A DNA stretch of 64,000 nt from Minisyncoccota bacterium. GTDB lineage: Bacteria; Patescibacteriota; Minisyncoccia; Phycocordibacterales; JABAAK01. The position numbers and the translations under genes are program-made. The DNA lies in the NCBI GenBank assembly GCA_963668425.1, contig OY764332.1, positions 524,336-588,335 of the forward strand. Direction: 5' to 3'. How positions within the stretch are numbered: the first letter of the stretch is position 1; each line of letters starts with the position of its first letter. Under the pieces are notes generated by a model. The model did no database searches, was not told the DNA's origin, and worked only from the letters and a program-made list of their open reading frames with translations. This document shows positions 37,832 to 51,900 of this stretch, piece by piece.

Positions 37832-37899
37832 TAACGCAGGGTGCAAAACTGGTGCTGTGGCGTGGAAAACAATTGTACAATGTATACAAAGACCAATGT

Positions 37900-38703
37900 A
37901 TGCCTTCTCCAAACTTCAAGCCAAATACGCTTTTCAATGAAAATTGTGTTGAGACTATGTCTCGCATTGATGACTGCAGTGTAGACATGATATTAACATC
38001 ACCTCCGTATGATGATATGCGGGAATATGATGGAAACACTTTTACAGAGTTTGAAACAATAGCCAAAGAGGTATACAGGATAGTAAAGGTTGGTGGTGTT
38101 GTTGTATGGGTCATATCTGACCAAACAAAAAACGGAGATGAGACCGGAACATCTTTTAAGCACGCACTGTATTTCAAGGAAACAGGATTTAAACTTTTTG
38201 ATACAATGATTTACTTAAAGCCACCAAGAGGAGCATGTGGCAGTAATAAAACCTATTGGCAATCTTTTGAATACATGTTTGTATTCAGCAAGGGTTCCCC
38301 AAAAACAATCAATCTCCTAATGGACAGAGAGAACAAGGATGAGCGTACTGGCGATACAGGCACAAAAAGAATGTTTAATGGAACAAGGAAAAAGATAAAA
38401 AGGGGCGGCTATGGCAGGCTAGGCAGAAGAACAAATGTTTGGGAATACAAGGTCGGAAGAGGGCATTCGTCAAAAGATGACATTGCATACGAGCATCCTG
38501 CAATTTTCCCAGAAAAGCTTGCAGAAGACCACATACTTTCATGGAGCAATGAATGCGACTTAATCTATGATCCTTTTATGGGCAGCGGCACAACCGCAAA
38601 GATGTCTATCTTAAATGGTAGAAGATTTATAGGAAGTGATATGTCTCAAAAGTATTGTGCGATAGCGAAAAAAAGGATAACAATGTATGAAAAAAAGGTG
38701 TAG
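37900..38703 (+). CDS. beta-class DNA methyltransferase (N4-cytosine or N6-adenine; SPPY motif)
   Basis: Motif IV TSPPY precedes motif I DPFMGSGTT (beta arrangement); the N-terminus LFNENCVETMSRIDDCSVDMILTSPPY matches the typical MTase lead-in; start at ATG 37900 (the track start is GTG 37828). Confidence 0.8.
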   Translation: MPSPNFKPNTLFNENCVETMSRIDDCSVDMILTSPPYDDMREYDGNTFTEFETIAKEVYRIVKVGGVVVWVISDQTKNGDETGTSFKHALYFKETGFKLFDTMIYLKPPRGACGSNKTYWQSFEYMFVFSKGSPKTINLLMDRENKDERTGDTGTKRMFNGTRKKIKRGGYGRLGRRTNVWEYKVGRGHSSKDDIAYEHPAIFPEKLAEDHILSWSNECDLIYDPFMGSGTTAKMSILNGRRFIGSDMSQKYCAIAKKRITMYEKKV

Positions 38704-39067
38704 GGAGTGTAAAAAGTCAAAAAATGAAGAGCATTTTGCAAGAAATCAGTTTGGCAAAAATAACCGTGTGCTTCGCAGACCTGTGTGCAAGGAGTGCTAT
38801 GGCAAAAAAATAAAAATAAAACCGAGAGAAAGAAAGAAGTTTGAGAGAAAAAATCCAAAACCAAGCATAGGCGATTGCTTTGAATGCCCAATATGTCAAC
38901 AGTGTTTTGAAAGACAGCACCGTAATGATGTGGTGCTTGACCACAATGATATTACTGGTGAAATACGTGGGTGGCTTTGTAACAGTTGTAACACAAGTTT
39001 GGGCAAATTCAAAGACAGTGTTATTATACTTAAACGTGCAATACGGTGGATAAAAGGTACACTTTAA
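38687..39067 (+). CDS. endonuclease VII-family (HNH-like) nuclease with N-terminal Zn ribbon
   Basis: VLDHNDITGEIRGWLCNSCNTSLG matches the T4 endoVII core HLDHDH…VRGLLCNLCN…G; N-terminal CRECKK…CKECYG and CFECPICQQC CxxC pairs; overlaps the MTase stop by 17 nt. Confidence 0.75.
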   Translation: MKKRCRECKKSKNEEHFARNQFGKNNRVLRRPVCKECYGKKIKIKPRERKKFERKNPKPSIGDCFECPICQQCFERQHRNDVVLDHNDITGEIRGWLCNSCNTSLGKFKDSVIILKRAIRWIKGTL

Positions 39068-39224
39068 AGGTGTGAGCAAAAAAGCATTTCTAAAACTTTT
39101 GAACAAAACCCTTACACCCGTGAAAGTAACACCTGAAACAAAGGCATAGAAGAAAGACAGTGGTTGTAACGAAAAGCAGACTCATCAACGTACCTCTGTA
39201 GGTACTTCCGAGAAACAAAGTGGT

Positions 39225-39330
39225 GTGTCGGTGTGTTGTGATTTTTTTTGTTTTTTTTGTTGGGTGGTGTGTCGGTGTGTTGTGATTTTTTTGTTTTTTT
39301 TTTTGGGGTGGGTGGTGTGTAAAAGCGTGG
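39225..39330. repeat. tandem duplication of a GT-rich about 48-bp unit
   Basis: gtggtgtgtcggtgtgttgtgattttttt(t)gtttttttt occurs twice in a row. Confidence 0.6.
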
Positions 39331-39367
39331 TTTGCGGTGGTTATGGTGGTGTTATACTGTTTTTGTT

Positions 39368-39643
39368 ATGGGTTTTGATACTTCAATTATTATCTATACC
39401 GCTCTTCCGGGTATGGTCGGTGGGTTGGTGCGGGGATTGATTGGGATTTCTAAACATGTGGTGCGGGATAAGGAGCCGTTTCATCTTCCCAAGTTGTTGT
39501 TTTCGTTGTTGTTGGCAGTGCTTGTCGGGAGTGTGGCAGGTGCACTGACTGAGGGGGATTGGCGGGTGGCGTTGCTTGCTGGTTTTGCCGGGACTGATGT
39601 GTTGGAGTCATTGTGTAAGACGCGTTTGTTAAAGTCCTCATAG
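39368..39643 (+). CDS. small two-TM membrane protein (91 aa), function unknown
   Basis: MGFDTSIIIYTALPGMVGGLVRGLIGI … LLFSLLLAVLVGSVAGALT; no RBS; low confidence. Confidence 0.3.
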   Translation: MGFDTSIIIYTALPGMVGGLVRGLIGISKHVVRDKEPFHLPKLLFSLLLAVLVGSVAGALTEGDWRVALLAGFAGTDVLESLCKTRLLKSS

Positions 39644-39723
39644 GTGTTGAGAGAGGGCGCGATGAGATGGCGCTTGTTGCGGGTGTGTGGCATGGTTGGT
39701 TGTGGTGAAGGGAGGTGATGTAG

Positions 39724-39781
39724 TGCGATGTGAAAAAAAAGATGGAGGGTTTGCATGTATTGGGATGGTGAGTGGTATGGG
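39724..39781. repeat. third copy of conserved 45-bp motif gcgatgtgaaaaaaaagatggagggtttgcatgtattgggatg
   Basis: Same motif as at about 26250 and 26355, again about 150-250 bp upstream of a giant-gene start. Confidence 0.6.
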
Positions 39782-39912
39782 ACGAAGTAAACGGTTATTA
39801 CAAAAATAATGTGTGAACAGTTTTACACATGGCAAACCATACTAAAGAAAAGAATAGAGATATACTATACATTAAGTGAGTAAGTAAAGAGCTCTAATAT
39901 TATCAGATATAT

Positions 39913-42900
39913 ATGATACGTACTATAGCAGTGCCACATACAAAAGGTAAAGGTCTTGCAAAATATATACTCCTCAACGGAGTCCTTCTTTTTATACTTC
40001 TCCTTTCAACCGTCTCAGCGCAAGCAGTAGTATTGGTGAGTAACTTTGGGCAAACTGCAGAACCTACTGGTGGTATTGAATTAACAGGTAGTGCCTACTT
40101 TCATCAAGAGTTTACTACGCCTGCTGGTAGTGATAGCTATACTCTTACTAGTGTTGAACTAAATGTAGTACAAGCAGCTTCAGCTGATCAAGTGAACAAA
40201 ACAGTAATCGTTCATATGTATGAGGTTGATACAACAAATACAGGTAACGATACTCGTCTCGCTACAGTAACCTCTTCACCCGGATTTTTTGATAGCGTCG
40301 GAGATAAGACGTTTGATTTTTCGGATAGTGATGTAACGTTAGCACCTAATACCACCTACGCTGTAAGATTGAGAGGTTCTGGTTATTTGACAGATCCCTT
40401 TAGTGCCGGTGGTATTGTTCCTCATATTAGAAGGCATTCAGACACAGATGAAGATGCTGGAGGTCTCGCAGGTTGGACTATAGCAAATAATGTTTTTTTT
40501 GTAAACTTAGATACCACAAGCACCAGTGCCATACTATCTATGCGCTTAAATGGTGAATTACAACAAGAAGAAGGCATTTCACTTTTATCCTCTTCAGACT
40601 CAGGTTCTTCTGACACCGACAACATCACCAATGACAATACTCCAGAACTCCTTCTTGCAGGATTTACTGATGGTGCAACAGTAACAGTAACCGCAGATCA
40701 TGCTACTGCAGCTGATGTAACTGCTAGTCGTACAGGTGACGGAAGTGTCACTCTGGCAACACTCGCTGACGGTGAATGGGCACTATCAGCAACAGATACA
40801 ACAAACATACACACCCTTACTATTACTGTAGACACTAGTGCTCCCACCGCCATCACTAGTGTCAGCTCTATACCAACCGGATCCGATACCACTCCTGACC
40901 TATCCTTCACCGCACCAGAAGCAGGGACCTTGGTAGCAAATAGTGCGTGTGGTATCACTGCAGAGGCAGTTACATCTGGATCAAACACCATCACGCTGAC
41001 TGCACTTGCTCCTGCCATCTACGCCTCCTGTACCATTCAGATGGCTGATGTAGCAGGAAATAATTCGCCAACAGCAAACATTCCTTCCTTTACGATCACA
41101 GGACCAACAATTGATCTTAAATCCACTTCAGACACAGGAACTTCTGACACCGACAACATCACCAGGGACAATACGCCAACCTTCACTGTCTCAGGACTTA
41201 GTGGAACAGTAACAGTAACTGCAGATCACGCTACTGAAGCTGATGTAACTAACACAAGATCTGGTAATGGAGACGTTACCCTAGGAGCACTTGCCGATGG
41301 CGTGTGGTCAGTATCAGCAAGCGATGGAACCACTACCACCCCTTCCATTAGCGTTACTATAGACCTTGTGGGTCCTGCTAGTCTCATCACCGGTGTCAGC
41401 TCTATAGGGACTACATCGGATACCACTCCTGACTTAACCTTCACTACACCAGAAGCAGGAACCTTAGTAGCAAATACTGCGTGTGGTATCACTGCACAAG
41501 CAGTCATAGCTGGAGAAAACACCATCACGCTAACTGCACTTGCTCCTGGAACCTACGGCTCTTGTACCATTGAGATGACTGATATAGCAGGAAACTATGC
41601 AATCCCAGCAACAAGTATTCCTTCTTTTACAATCACAGGACCAGCCGTTGATCTTAAAGCAAGCTCAGATTCAGGAAGTTCTGACACCGACAACATTACC
41701 AACGACAATACGCCAACCTTCACTGTCTTAGGTCTTGATAATAGTGCAACAGTAACAGTAACTGCAGATCATGCTACTTTAACTGATGTAACTGCTACAA
41801 GATCTGGTAATGGAGACGTTACCTTAGGAACACTTGCCGATGGCGTGTGGTCAGTATCAGCATCAGATGGAACCACTACCACCTCTTCTATCAGTGTTAC
41901 CATAAACTATTCTGGTGCTCCTGGCAGGATTGCTAGCATTAGTGCTATAGGGACAACATCGGATACCACTCCTGACCTAACCTTTACTACAGTAGAGGCA
42001 GGAACCTTAGTAGCAAATACTGCGTGTGGTATCACTGCACAAGCAGTCATACTTGGAGAAAATACCATCACCCTTACTGAACTTACTAATGGCACCTACA
42101 GCACCTGTCAAATCACGATGACTAATGTAGCAGGAAACGCTTCAGTACCAGCAAACATTCCTTCCTTTACCATTACAGGACCATCAATTGACCTTAAAGC
42201 AGGCTCAGACTCAGGTTCTTCAAACACCGACAACCTTACCAACGACAATACGCCAACCTTCACCGTTTCAGGACTTAGTGGAACAGTAACAGTAACCGCA
42301 GATCATGCTACTTTAACTGATGTAACTGCTACAAGAACTGGTAATGGAGACGTTACCCTAGGAACACTTGCTGATGGCGTGTGGTCAGTATCAGCAAGCG
42401 ATGGAACAACTACCACCCCTTCTATCAGTGTTACTATAGACACTTTGGGTCCTGCTACTTTTACTAGCAGTATCAGCTCTATTGGTACTACAGCAGATAC
42501 CACTCCTGACCTTACCTTTACTTCATCAGAAGCAGGAATAGTGCAATCAAATACTGCGTGTGGTATCACTGCACAAGAAGTTACATCTGGATCAAACACT
42601 ATCACGCTTACAGAACTTGCTCCTGGCACCTATAGCACTTGTGTTATTTGGATGATAGATCTAGCAGGAAATCCTTCATCAAATACACCCATCCCCTCCT
42701 TTACAATCATAGTACCAGCAGTTGATCTTAAGGCAAGCTCAGATTCAGGAAGTTCTGACACCGACAACATTACCAACGACAACACACCAACCTTCACTGT
42801 TTCAGGCCTTGATAATAGTGCGCAGGTGAGGGTAGGTGCATCTCAGTCTGGTGAAACTAATGTAACTGCCTCAAGAACTGGTAATGGAGATGTTACGCTC

Positions 42901-45900
42901 CCAACACTTGCAGAGGGGGTATGGACAGTATCAGCAACCGATGGAACCACTATCACCTCTACTATCAGCGTTACTATAGATACAGTTGCGCCATTAAAAC
43001 CAGGCACTCCTACCATTGCCTCTTCTAGTTATGACACAGGTACTTCAAGCAGTGACTATATCACCAGTAACACCCGCCCCCTCTTTACCTCAGCTCCCAG
43101 TGAATCAGTTTTTGCTGAATACACAATTGGTTCTACTGTTTTCCCCGTTTCTGCACGCGGTACTTATACTTTTAGACCAACATCGGCATTAGCAGATGGG
43201 GTACACAGCATATCAGTAATATCAATTGACCTTGCAGGAAACAGATCCGTTGCTTCAGGTACCCGCTCCTTTGCTATTGACACTACTGCTCCTGCTATCA
43301 CTGGTGTCGGTAGTATAGGGACAACAGCAGATAATACCCCTGATCTCTCCTTCACCGCGTCAGAAGCAGGAGTACTGGTAGCGAATAGTGGGTGTGGTAT
43401 TACTGCAGCAACCGTTACAAGTGGAGCAAATACTATTACGCTAACCGCATTTACTCCTGCCACCTACGCCTCTTGTACTATCAACATGAGTGATGTAGCA
43501 GGAAACTCAGGGACAGCAGTCAGTATTCCTTCCTTTACAATCACAGGACCAGACGTTGATCTTAAAGCAAGCTCAGACACAGGAACTTCTGACACCGACA
43601 ACATCACCAACGACAATACGCCAACCATCACTGTTTTAGGGTTTGATGATAGTGCAACAATAACAGTAGTTGCAGATCATGCTACTGCAGCTGATGTAAG
43701 TACCTCAAGATCTGGTAATGGAGACGTTACGCTCCCAACACTCGCTGATGGTGAATGGGCAATAACAGTAACAGACGGATCCAGTATCGTAACTCACAAT
43801 ATTACCGTAGACACCACTGACCCCACTGCCATCACTAATGTCGGTAGTATAGGGAGTGTAACGGATGCCACTCCTGACTTAACCTTTACTACACCAGAAG
43901 CAGGAGTGTTAGTAGCGAATGGTGGTTGTGGTATCACTGCACAAGCAGTTACCTCTGGATCAAACACCATCACCCTTACTGCACTTACTAATGGAACCTA
44001 CGCCTCTTGTACCATTCAGATGGCTGATGTAGCAGGAAATAATTCGCCAACAGCAGCCATTCCTTCCTTTACAATCACAGGACCAGCAATTGATCTTAAA
44101 GCAAGCTCAGATTCAGGAGATTCTGACACCGATAACGTCACCAACGACAATACACCAACCTTCACCGTTTCAGGACTTAGTGGAACAACAATAATAGTAA
44201 CCGCAAGTCAGACCGGTGAGAATGATGTAACTAAACTAATATCTGGTAATGGAGACGTTACGCTAGGAACACTTGTAGATGGCGTGTGGTCAGTAGTAGC
44301 ATCAAATGGAACCACTACCACCCCTGCCATTAGCGTTACGATAGATACAGTTGCACCATTAAAATCAGGCACTCCTACCATTACCCCTCGTTCTCTAGAC
44401 ACAGGTATCTCAAACACCGACCATATCACCAGTAACACCCGCCCCAGCTTTACCTCACCTCCCCGTGAAACATCACTTTTTCTTGAGTTCACACTTGATT
44501 CTACTGTTCTCCCCCTTACTAGACGTGGCGGTGCTACTTTTAGACCAGCATCAGCATTAGCAGATGGGGTATACAACATCTCAGCAATATCAATTGACCT
44601 TGCAGGAAACAGATCACCTGCTTCAGATACCCGTTCCTTTACTATAGACACCACCGTCCCTGTTATCTCTAACGTTGGTTCTATACCCACTTCAATAGAT
44701 ACCACCCCTGACCTTACCTTCACCGCATCAGAAGCGGGAGTACTGGTAGCAAATACTGCGTGTGGTATTACTGCACAAGCAGTTACATCTGCATCAAACA
44801 CTATCACGCTCACCGCACTTACTCCTGCCACCTATAACACATGTACTATCAACATGAAAGATGTAGCAGGAAACACAGGAACGGCAGTCAGTATTCCTTC
44901 CTTCACCATTGCAGATGGACCAATCGTTGATCTTAAGGCAAGCTCAGATTCAGGTTCCTCAGACACTGACAACATTACCAATGACGATACACCAACCATC
45001 ACCGTCTCAAACTATGTGAGCGGTGCAAGTGTAACGGTAACCGCAAGTCAGACCGGTGAGACCAATGTAACTGCTTCCCGCACTGGTAATGGAGATGTTA
45101 CGTTAGGAACACTTGCCGAGGGGGTATGGACAGTATCAGCAACCGATGGAACTACTACTTCAAATGAAATTGAAATTACGATAGATACCACTGTGCCATC
45201 GAAGCGTGCGCTTGTTACTATTGATACAGGTATTTCAAACTCAGATGGTATCGTCAATGATAATACGCCAGGTATTTCTATTCATGGAGTACTTCTTACT
45301 GGCTTCACCGTTCGATGGACAATTGATGGTAGTGTTGACTCCTCTATAACTACAGATTCTTTTATTTCTGCAACACTCTCAGAAGGATCACATACGTTTG
45401 CGGTAGAAATTTTTGATATTGCAGGAAATAAATCACCCATCTCAGACACCCTTACCCTTATTATTGACACTACTGTTCCTGTTATTTCCGGTGTTAGTAG
45501 TATAGGGACAACAGCAAATAATGTTCCCGAGCTTACCTTCACTGCATCAGAAGCAGGAGTACTGGTAGCAAATACTGCGTGTGGTATCACTGCACAAGCA
45601 GTTACAAGTGGATCAAACACTATCACATTAACAGAATTAGCTATCGCCACCTATGCCTCTTGTACTATCAACATGAGTGATGTAGCAGGAAACACAGGAA
45701 CAGCAGTCAATGTTCCTTCCTTCACTATTCAAGCAGGACCAAGGATAGACCTCAAAGCTAGTTCAGATTCAGGAAGTTCTAACACTGACAACATCACCAA
45801 TCACAGTACACCAATTTTCATCATTTCAGGATTTGATACTAGTGCAGCACTAAGAATGACCGCAACACATGCTACTGCAGATGCTGTAACGACCCATCAC

Positions 45901-48900
45901 ACTGGTAACGGAGAGGTTCTAACGTCGTCAGAACTTGTCGATGGCGTGTGGTCAGTATCAGTAGCAACAACAGATGGAACCGTTACCTCTCCTTCTATCA
46001 GCGTTACGATAGATAAAACTGCACCAACAAAACCATATACTGCAAATCTTTTTAATTTATCTGATACAGGTTCCTCAAACACCGACAACATCACCAACGA
46101 TACCACCCCAGACATTGGACAGGATCAAACTGAAACTCAAACAGATATTACCTATGAATGGACTGTTGATGGTGTGATTGATACATCAGTAACAGGATCA
46201 ACCTACACTCCCAGCACAGCACTTACCGAAGGAAGCCACACTTTCTTAATAAAACTTGTTGACACTGCAGGAAACAAATCACCCTCCTCAGATAACTTCA
46301 GCATCACTATTGATACTACTGACCCTACTATCTCCGGTATTAGTGCTATAGGGACTACCTTTGACGATACTCCTGACCTTACCTTCACTACATCAGAAGC
46401 AGGAGTACTGGTAGCAAATAGTGGGTGTGGTATTACTGCAAAAACCGTTACAAGTGGAACAAACACTATCACGCTCACCACACTCTCTCGTACAACTCAC
46501 GCTTCTTGTACCATTCAGATGACTGACGTAGCAGGGAACACAGGAGATGCAACAGTCATTGGCTCCTTCACCATTGAAACAGGAGGTATCGCTATTGCTG
46601 CACTTGCCACTTCTCATGCACCTTCAAGGGAAGCTACGGCAACCGTAACGGGTTCTAGTCCTTCTGGACTCAACTGGGCACTCTTTGATCCAGGAGCAAC
46701 TCCTGCAGAGACCTGTGGTAGTGGTCTCACTTTTTCAAATACCTACACCTCAGAAACAGCAGTTACTATTGCTTCTGCTGAAGCAGATAACGGAAAGAAG
46801 GCCTGTTTCAGAGCAACCGTAAGTGGTACCACTGTATACCAAGAGACAGATACTATCGCCGGAATTGATGCTACCAACCCTTCAGCACTTCTTACGCTTC
46901 AGACACAACTAGGAAGTGGTTCAAAAACAGCCTTCACCACCGCTACCTCAAACATCTTCTTCAAAGTAGGAGACAAATTCATTCTTACTGATGCAAGTAC
47001 TGATACAGGAGGAAGTGGTATAGATACATCGACAAGAGGTCTTACCCTTACCAGAGGCACCCAACAACAACACACTGATGGTAATGCTACTACTGAAACA
47101 ACCACAGCTTCAGCCGGTGCATGGACCTACACCGTAGGAGCAGGAGACAACGGTATTCTCAAATATGACTATTCAATTTCAGATAGAGCAGGGAACTCTG
47201 GCAGTGCTGACCTCACCATTACCAACCTCTTTATTGACACCACCGCACCAACCGCCCCTATACTAGACCTTGACACCGCAAGTGACTCAGGATTCTTACA
47301 GGGTGACAACCTCACCAATGACACCACTCCAAGCTTTACTATTACTAACCCAACCGCTCAAATCACAGGAAGTGCAATAAACAACGAAGCAGGAAAATCA
47401 GAAGAAGTCATTGAATGGCACATGACCGCCGCAGGATCTTCAACCTTCACCAAACAAACAGGTAGTGCTACCACCTTCACCCCAGCAACAGCACTCACCG
47501 ATGGAGTCTACAAAATCAAAGCACTCTTCAAAGACAAAGCAGGAAACACCACCGAGTCAACCGTCATCACCTTTACCATAGACACCGCCGCACCAGCCAA
47601 GCCGCCTGTTCCTGGGTTTTTCGACGGTGACACGGGTATTTCAAGCACAGATAACATTACCAATAACAACTCATCATTTATTATAGGTGCTACTTCTTCT
47701 GAACCTTCTAACGCTACGTTTGAATGGACACTTAATTCTGACGTACAGAGCATACCTTCTATTGGCTTTTCCCCAACGTCAGCACTCGCCGATGGAGTGT
47801 ACACCATATCAGTAAAAATTACTGATGCTGCAGGAAACCAGTCACCTGCTTCAGATGACTTTACCTTTACCATTGATACTACTGCTCCTAGTGCACCTTC
47901 TAGCATAGAGACGGGATTTATTATCAACAACGCCACTCCCACTATTGCCTTTGATGCTACCACCGGCACCAATGACATCGGTGCATACAAGGTACACGTC
48001 ATCACAAACACCACCCTCACTGATGAAACCTGTCCTGCAAAAGCAGTCACTACTGACACGCTTACTACCTTTGCAAATACCGTCACTTCTGCTGCTGCTG
48101 GTGTTACCTTCTTCACCGGACCAACAGCACTCACCGAAGGGAAGTACTGTGTCTACATAGAACAATCTGACATAGCAGGGAACCGAGTAATCTCTTCAGC
48201 AGAAGTACTCTATATTGACACTACTCCAATTGATGTAAGTGGTATCGTAGTAGACCTTCTTGATGCATTTGACTCTACCCGTCCGGAGGTAACAGAAGAT
48301 GGAGAAAGTGACAGTGATGGTGTATGGACACCAGGAAAAACAGATGACTACACCAAAGAGACCACCGTAACGATAGAGATATCAAATATTCCTGTTGAAA
48401 CAATCATGGGAAAGAGGAGAAACGTAGGCCTTCTCTTATTGCTTCCTGATCTAACTCCCACCGTTGCTACCCGTGCTCCAGACTTTGAAAATCCTACCAC
48501 CGATACCGTCTCCCACACCTTTACGGGCGTTTCACTCATAGGGCATGCCACCACTGCCTACCTACCAAACAATAACCTTTTACTCCTTTCAATCTATGAT
48601 CAGGCAGGAAATAGCGCTGTAATCAACAGAAACTTTGTAGCAGACACAGAAACAAAAGCACCAAACACTCCTAATCTTGCAGCAACAAGTGATTCAGGAG
48701 CTTTAGATACCGATAATTACACAAACGCTGAATACCTGGATATTGTCGTAGAGGATGATGATGGAGATACAAACAGAGAATACCCAACTATCGTACGACT
48801 CTACACCTGGGTAGACACTGCAACCAATGCAGGTGTAGTAGATGCATCAGAGCTTACCCCCGTACAAGTAGAAGCAAGCCCAAGTGACACCACCGATAAC

Positions 48901-51900
48901 CTTGCAGCAACCCCTTACCTCCTGAAAGGTTCAAGCGCAGGAGCAGACGTAACCTTCCAAAACGTAGTCCTCCCAGAAGGCACCCATCTCCTCGTAGCAG
49001 GACAAATAGATAAAGCAGGTAACGATGAGGCATACTCACCAGCACTCACCATCACCGTAGACAGAACTGCACCAGATGCACCGGGGGCACCAGATTTACA
49101 CCAAGATGATGACTCTCGAGGAGTGCATGCAAACAGTGCGCGTGACGGTACTGATGAGGATGACATTACCAACAATACCACAGAACTTGATTTTGCCGCG
49201 CAGGCATCAGGAACAAGCGGAGCACATGACCAGCACCAGATACGCTTTTACCTGTGGACTAAGGCAGACGCAGCGGACACTTCGGTTGGGGATAGTGAAC
49301 TCACCGAGCTCAAATCAGTTGCTGTAGATGCCGCATCTAACATACAAACCATCAGTGATGCTGGCTACACCGCCAATGGAGAGCGTGGAGCAGCAAAGCA
49401 GCTCTACACCTCAACAGATACCGCCCTTACCGATGGTTTCCACTACTTTGTCGCAAAGCAGTATGATGTGGCAGGTAACCTCTCGGCAGTATCAGACGCG
49501 TTGCGTATATTTGTTGACACACAAGCACCAGACCCTATTACCGTTGACCCAACCTTGCACCCAACCAGTGACTCTGGAGCATCAAACAATGACAAGCAAA
49601 CCTCATCAGCAGATCTGCTTTTCACTTTTAATCCAACACCAATGTCAGGAGACATTGACTACTTTGAGGTACGAAGAAAACGACTCAATAGCGACCTATC
49701 GGACGCGGAAACCACCTTTACCTACCCGTCAGACGCAGACACCGTAGAGCAGACATCGTATGAGTTCCTTGCAAAAAACGCAGCCCAAAGTGCTCTTGTC
49801 GCAGAGGCAGGGAACACCTACGCAGACGGAGCTTACGCATCTGGTGGTGCCGTGAAGATCTCCGCCATGGATATCTCACACTTTAACACCTGGTATGCCT
49901 TCAGCATCTATGCCGTTGACATCGCCGGAAACGTGCGACAAGGTTCTAACTCTACCAACGTGCGTATTTTAGTACCACCACCAACTCCTACCAAGATGGA
50001 CCTGTCAGCTACCAAGGACTCAGGAGCACTAGACACAGACAACACTACCAATGAAACCTCTTGGACACTATCTGGTAGCTATCAGAACACCTCACAAGCA
50101 GAGCAAGACAATGACGCAGCAGCCGGCGTAAAAAGAATTGTCGTTAGTGTTAGTAAGCTTGACAGTCAGAATCAAGCAACAGAAACCCTCACCCACACCT
50201 TTACCACAGACACTGACCAAAACTTAACCAACGACATTGCTGTGCCATCTAATGCAAATGATCCCTACACCTACACCTACACCTTTGACGCCACCACCTT
50301 CACCACTCTAGAGGACGGTGCTTACCTTGTCACCGCAGCAGCTTACAACAGTGCAGGAGAAACAGGAGGACAGTCAGCTTCACTGACCATCACCCTTGAT
50401 AGAGTCGCACCAACACCAGAGGAGCACATCACCCTACGTACCAAGTCCTTTACCGGATCAACCAACCAAGAATATATCTTCTCCTACGCAAACCCATCAA
50501 ACAACGAGCCAAACGCATCAATTGTTCTGGCAGACGCAGACGGTGCTACTGTCAGGACCCTTGACAGCACAAACCCTACCTACACCCACACAACCGCCAA
50601 TGCTATCACCGAATACACCGCAACGTACATTGATGCAGCAGGAAACAGTTCAGAAGCAGTTACCCTCCTTGCCGTATCACTCCCCCCAACCCTCACCTCG
50701 TATACCACCGCGACAAACAGCTACATCGTTATCGCCGCACCCCAGCAAGGAGCAACTATCGCCACAACCACACAGTACAACGCACAGTCATCCAACCTCT
50801 GTGATCCAACTGGATCACGCATTAGTGCGGCAACCTTTGCAACAAATGAAATCAAGACATCAGTAACCACGGACTACTGTGTAGAAGCAGTGGACTCAGC
50901 AGGGAACGTCAGAACTATTAGAATTAAAGCAGACGCAAACGATCTCATCGCAAACGCTGCAGTACATGACGAAGATGATGCAGGAAGCAGTCAGCATGAC
51001 AACAAGACAAATATCCCAAACCCACGATACACCGCAACCACCCTACCAGGTTCAACGGTACGCATACAGTCAAGAGTGCAAGCATCTCCAGCAAACACTT
51101 GGACAGACATACACACCGTTACCGCAGACGCAGACACCGGTATGTTTACCATCCAAACTATTCTTCCTGACCCAGTAACCGCTGATGCTGTTGTAGAGCT
51201 TCAGGGCTTTGTCAGTAACGCAACACTTGGCACCTCTGCGATTGGTCCTATTACCCTTTCTCCTGTTACCCTTGACGTGACCGCACCTCAGGCACCCAGC
51301 GCCCCTGCCCTTGCAGCAGGAGACGACACGGGGTCAGTGAACAGTGATGCTGTTACCAGCACCACCACTAACCTCACCTTTGCCTACACCGGTCTTTCAG
51401 CGGAGAATGGAGGGTTTGTGAGAATGTATGCAGGTTCAACCCTCTTAGGTGCAACTGTTATCGCATCTGGCAGCGCCTCTGTTTCCATTACCCTCGCAGA
51501 AGGTGTCCACACCCTTGTCGCAAAGCTCATTGACGAGGCAGGGAATGAAGGACCCGCATCACCACCCCTTACCGTGACGATAGACACTACCGATCCAGCT
51601 ATCACTATCATCCGACTCAATGATGAGGACACCACCATTGATGTAAACACCAGATTCATCGCAGTAGCAGCAGATCAGACAACCCTCATCTTCAAGGTAG
51701 TTGAGGAGACCAAGGCGTCCTGTACTGCACGCACCATAGATGCAAACACCGCATACACATCAGGAGCACTGTTTAACCCAAGCGACTCTTCAACAAATGG
51801 CTACTGTTTCGTTGTCACCGACCTAGCAGGCAACAGAGCAACTATGCACACCGATGACGCTATTGAAGGAGTCGGCTCCTTTGCTATCCAAGGAGGCACA

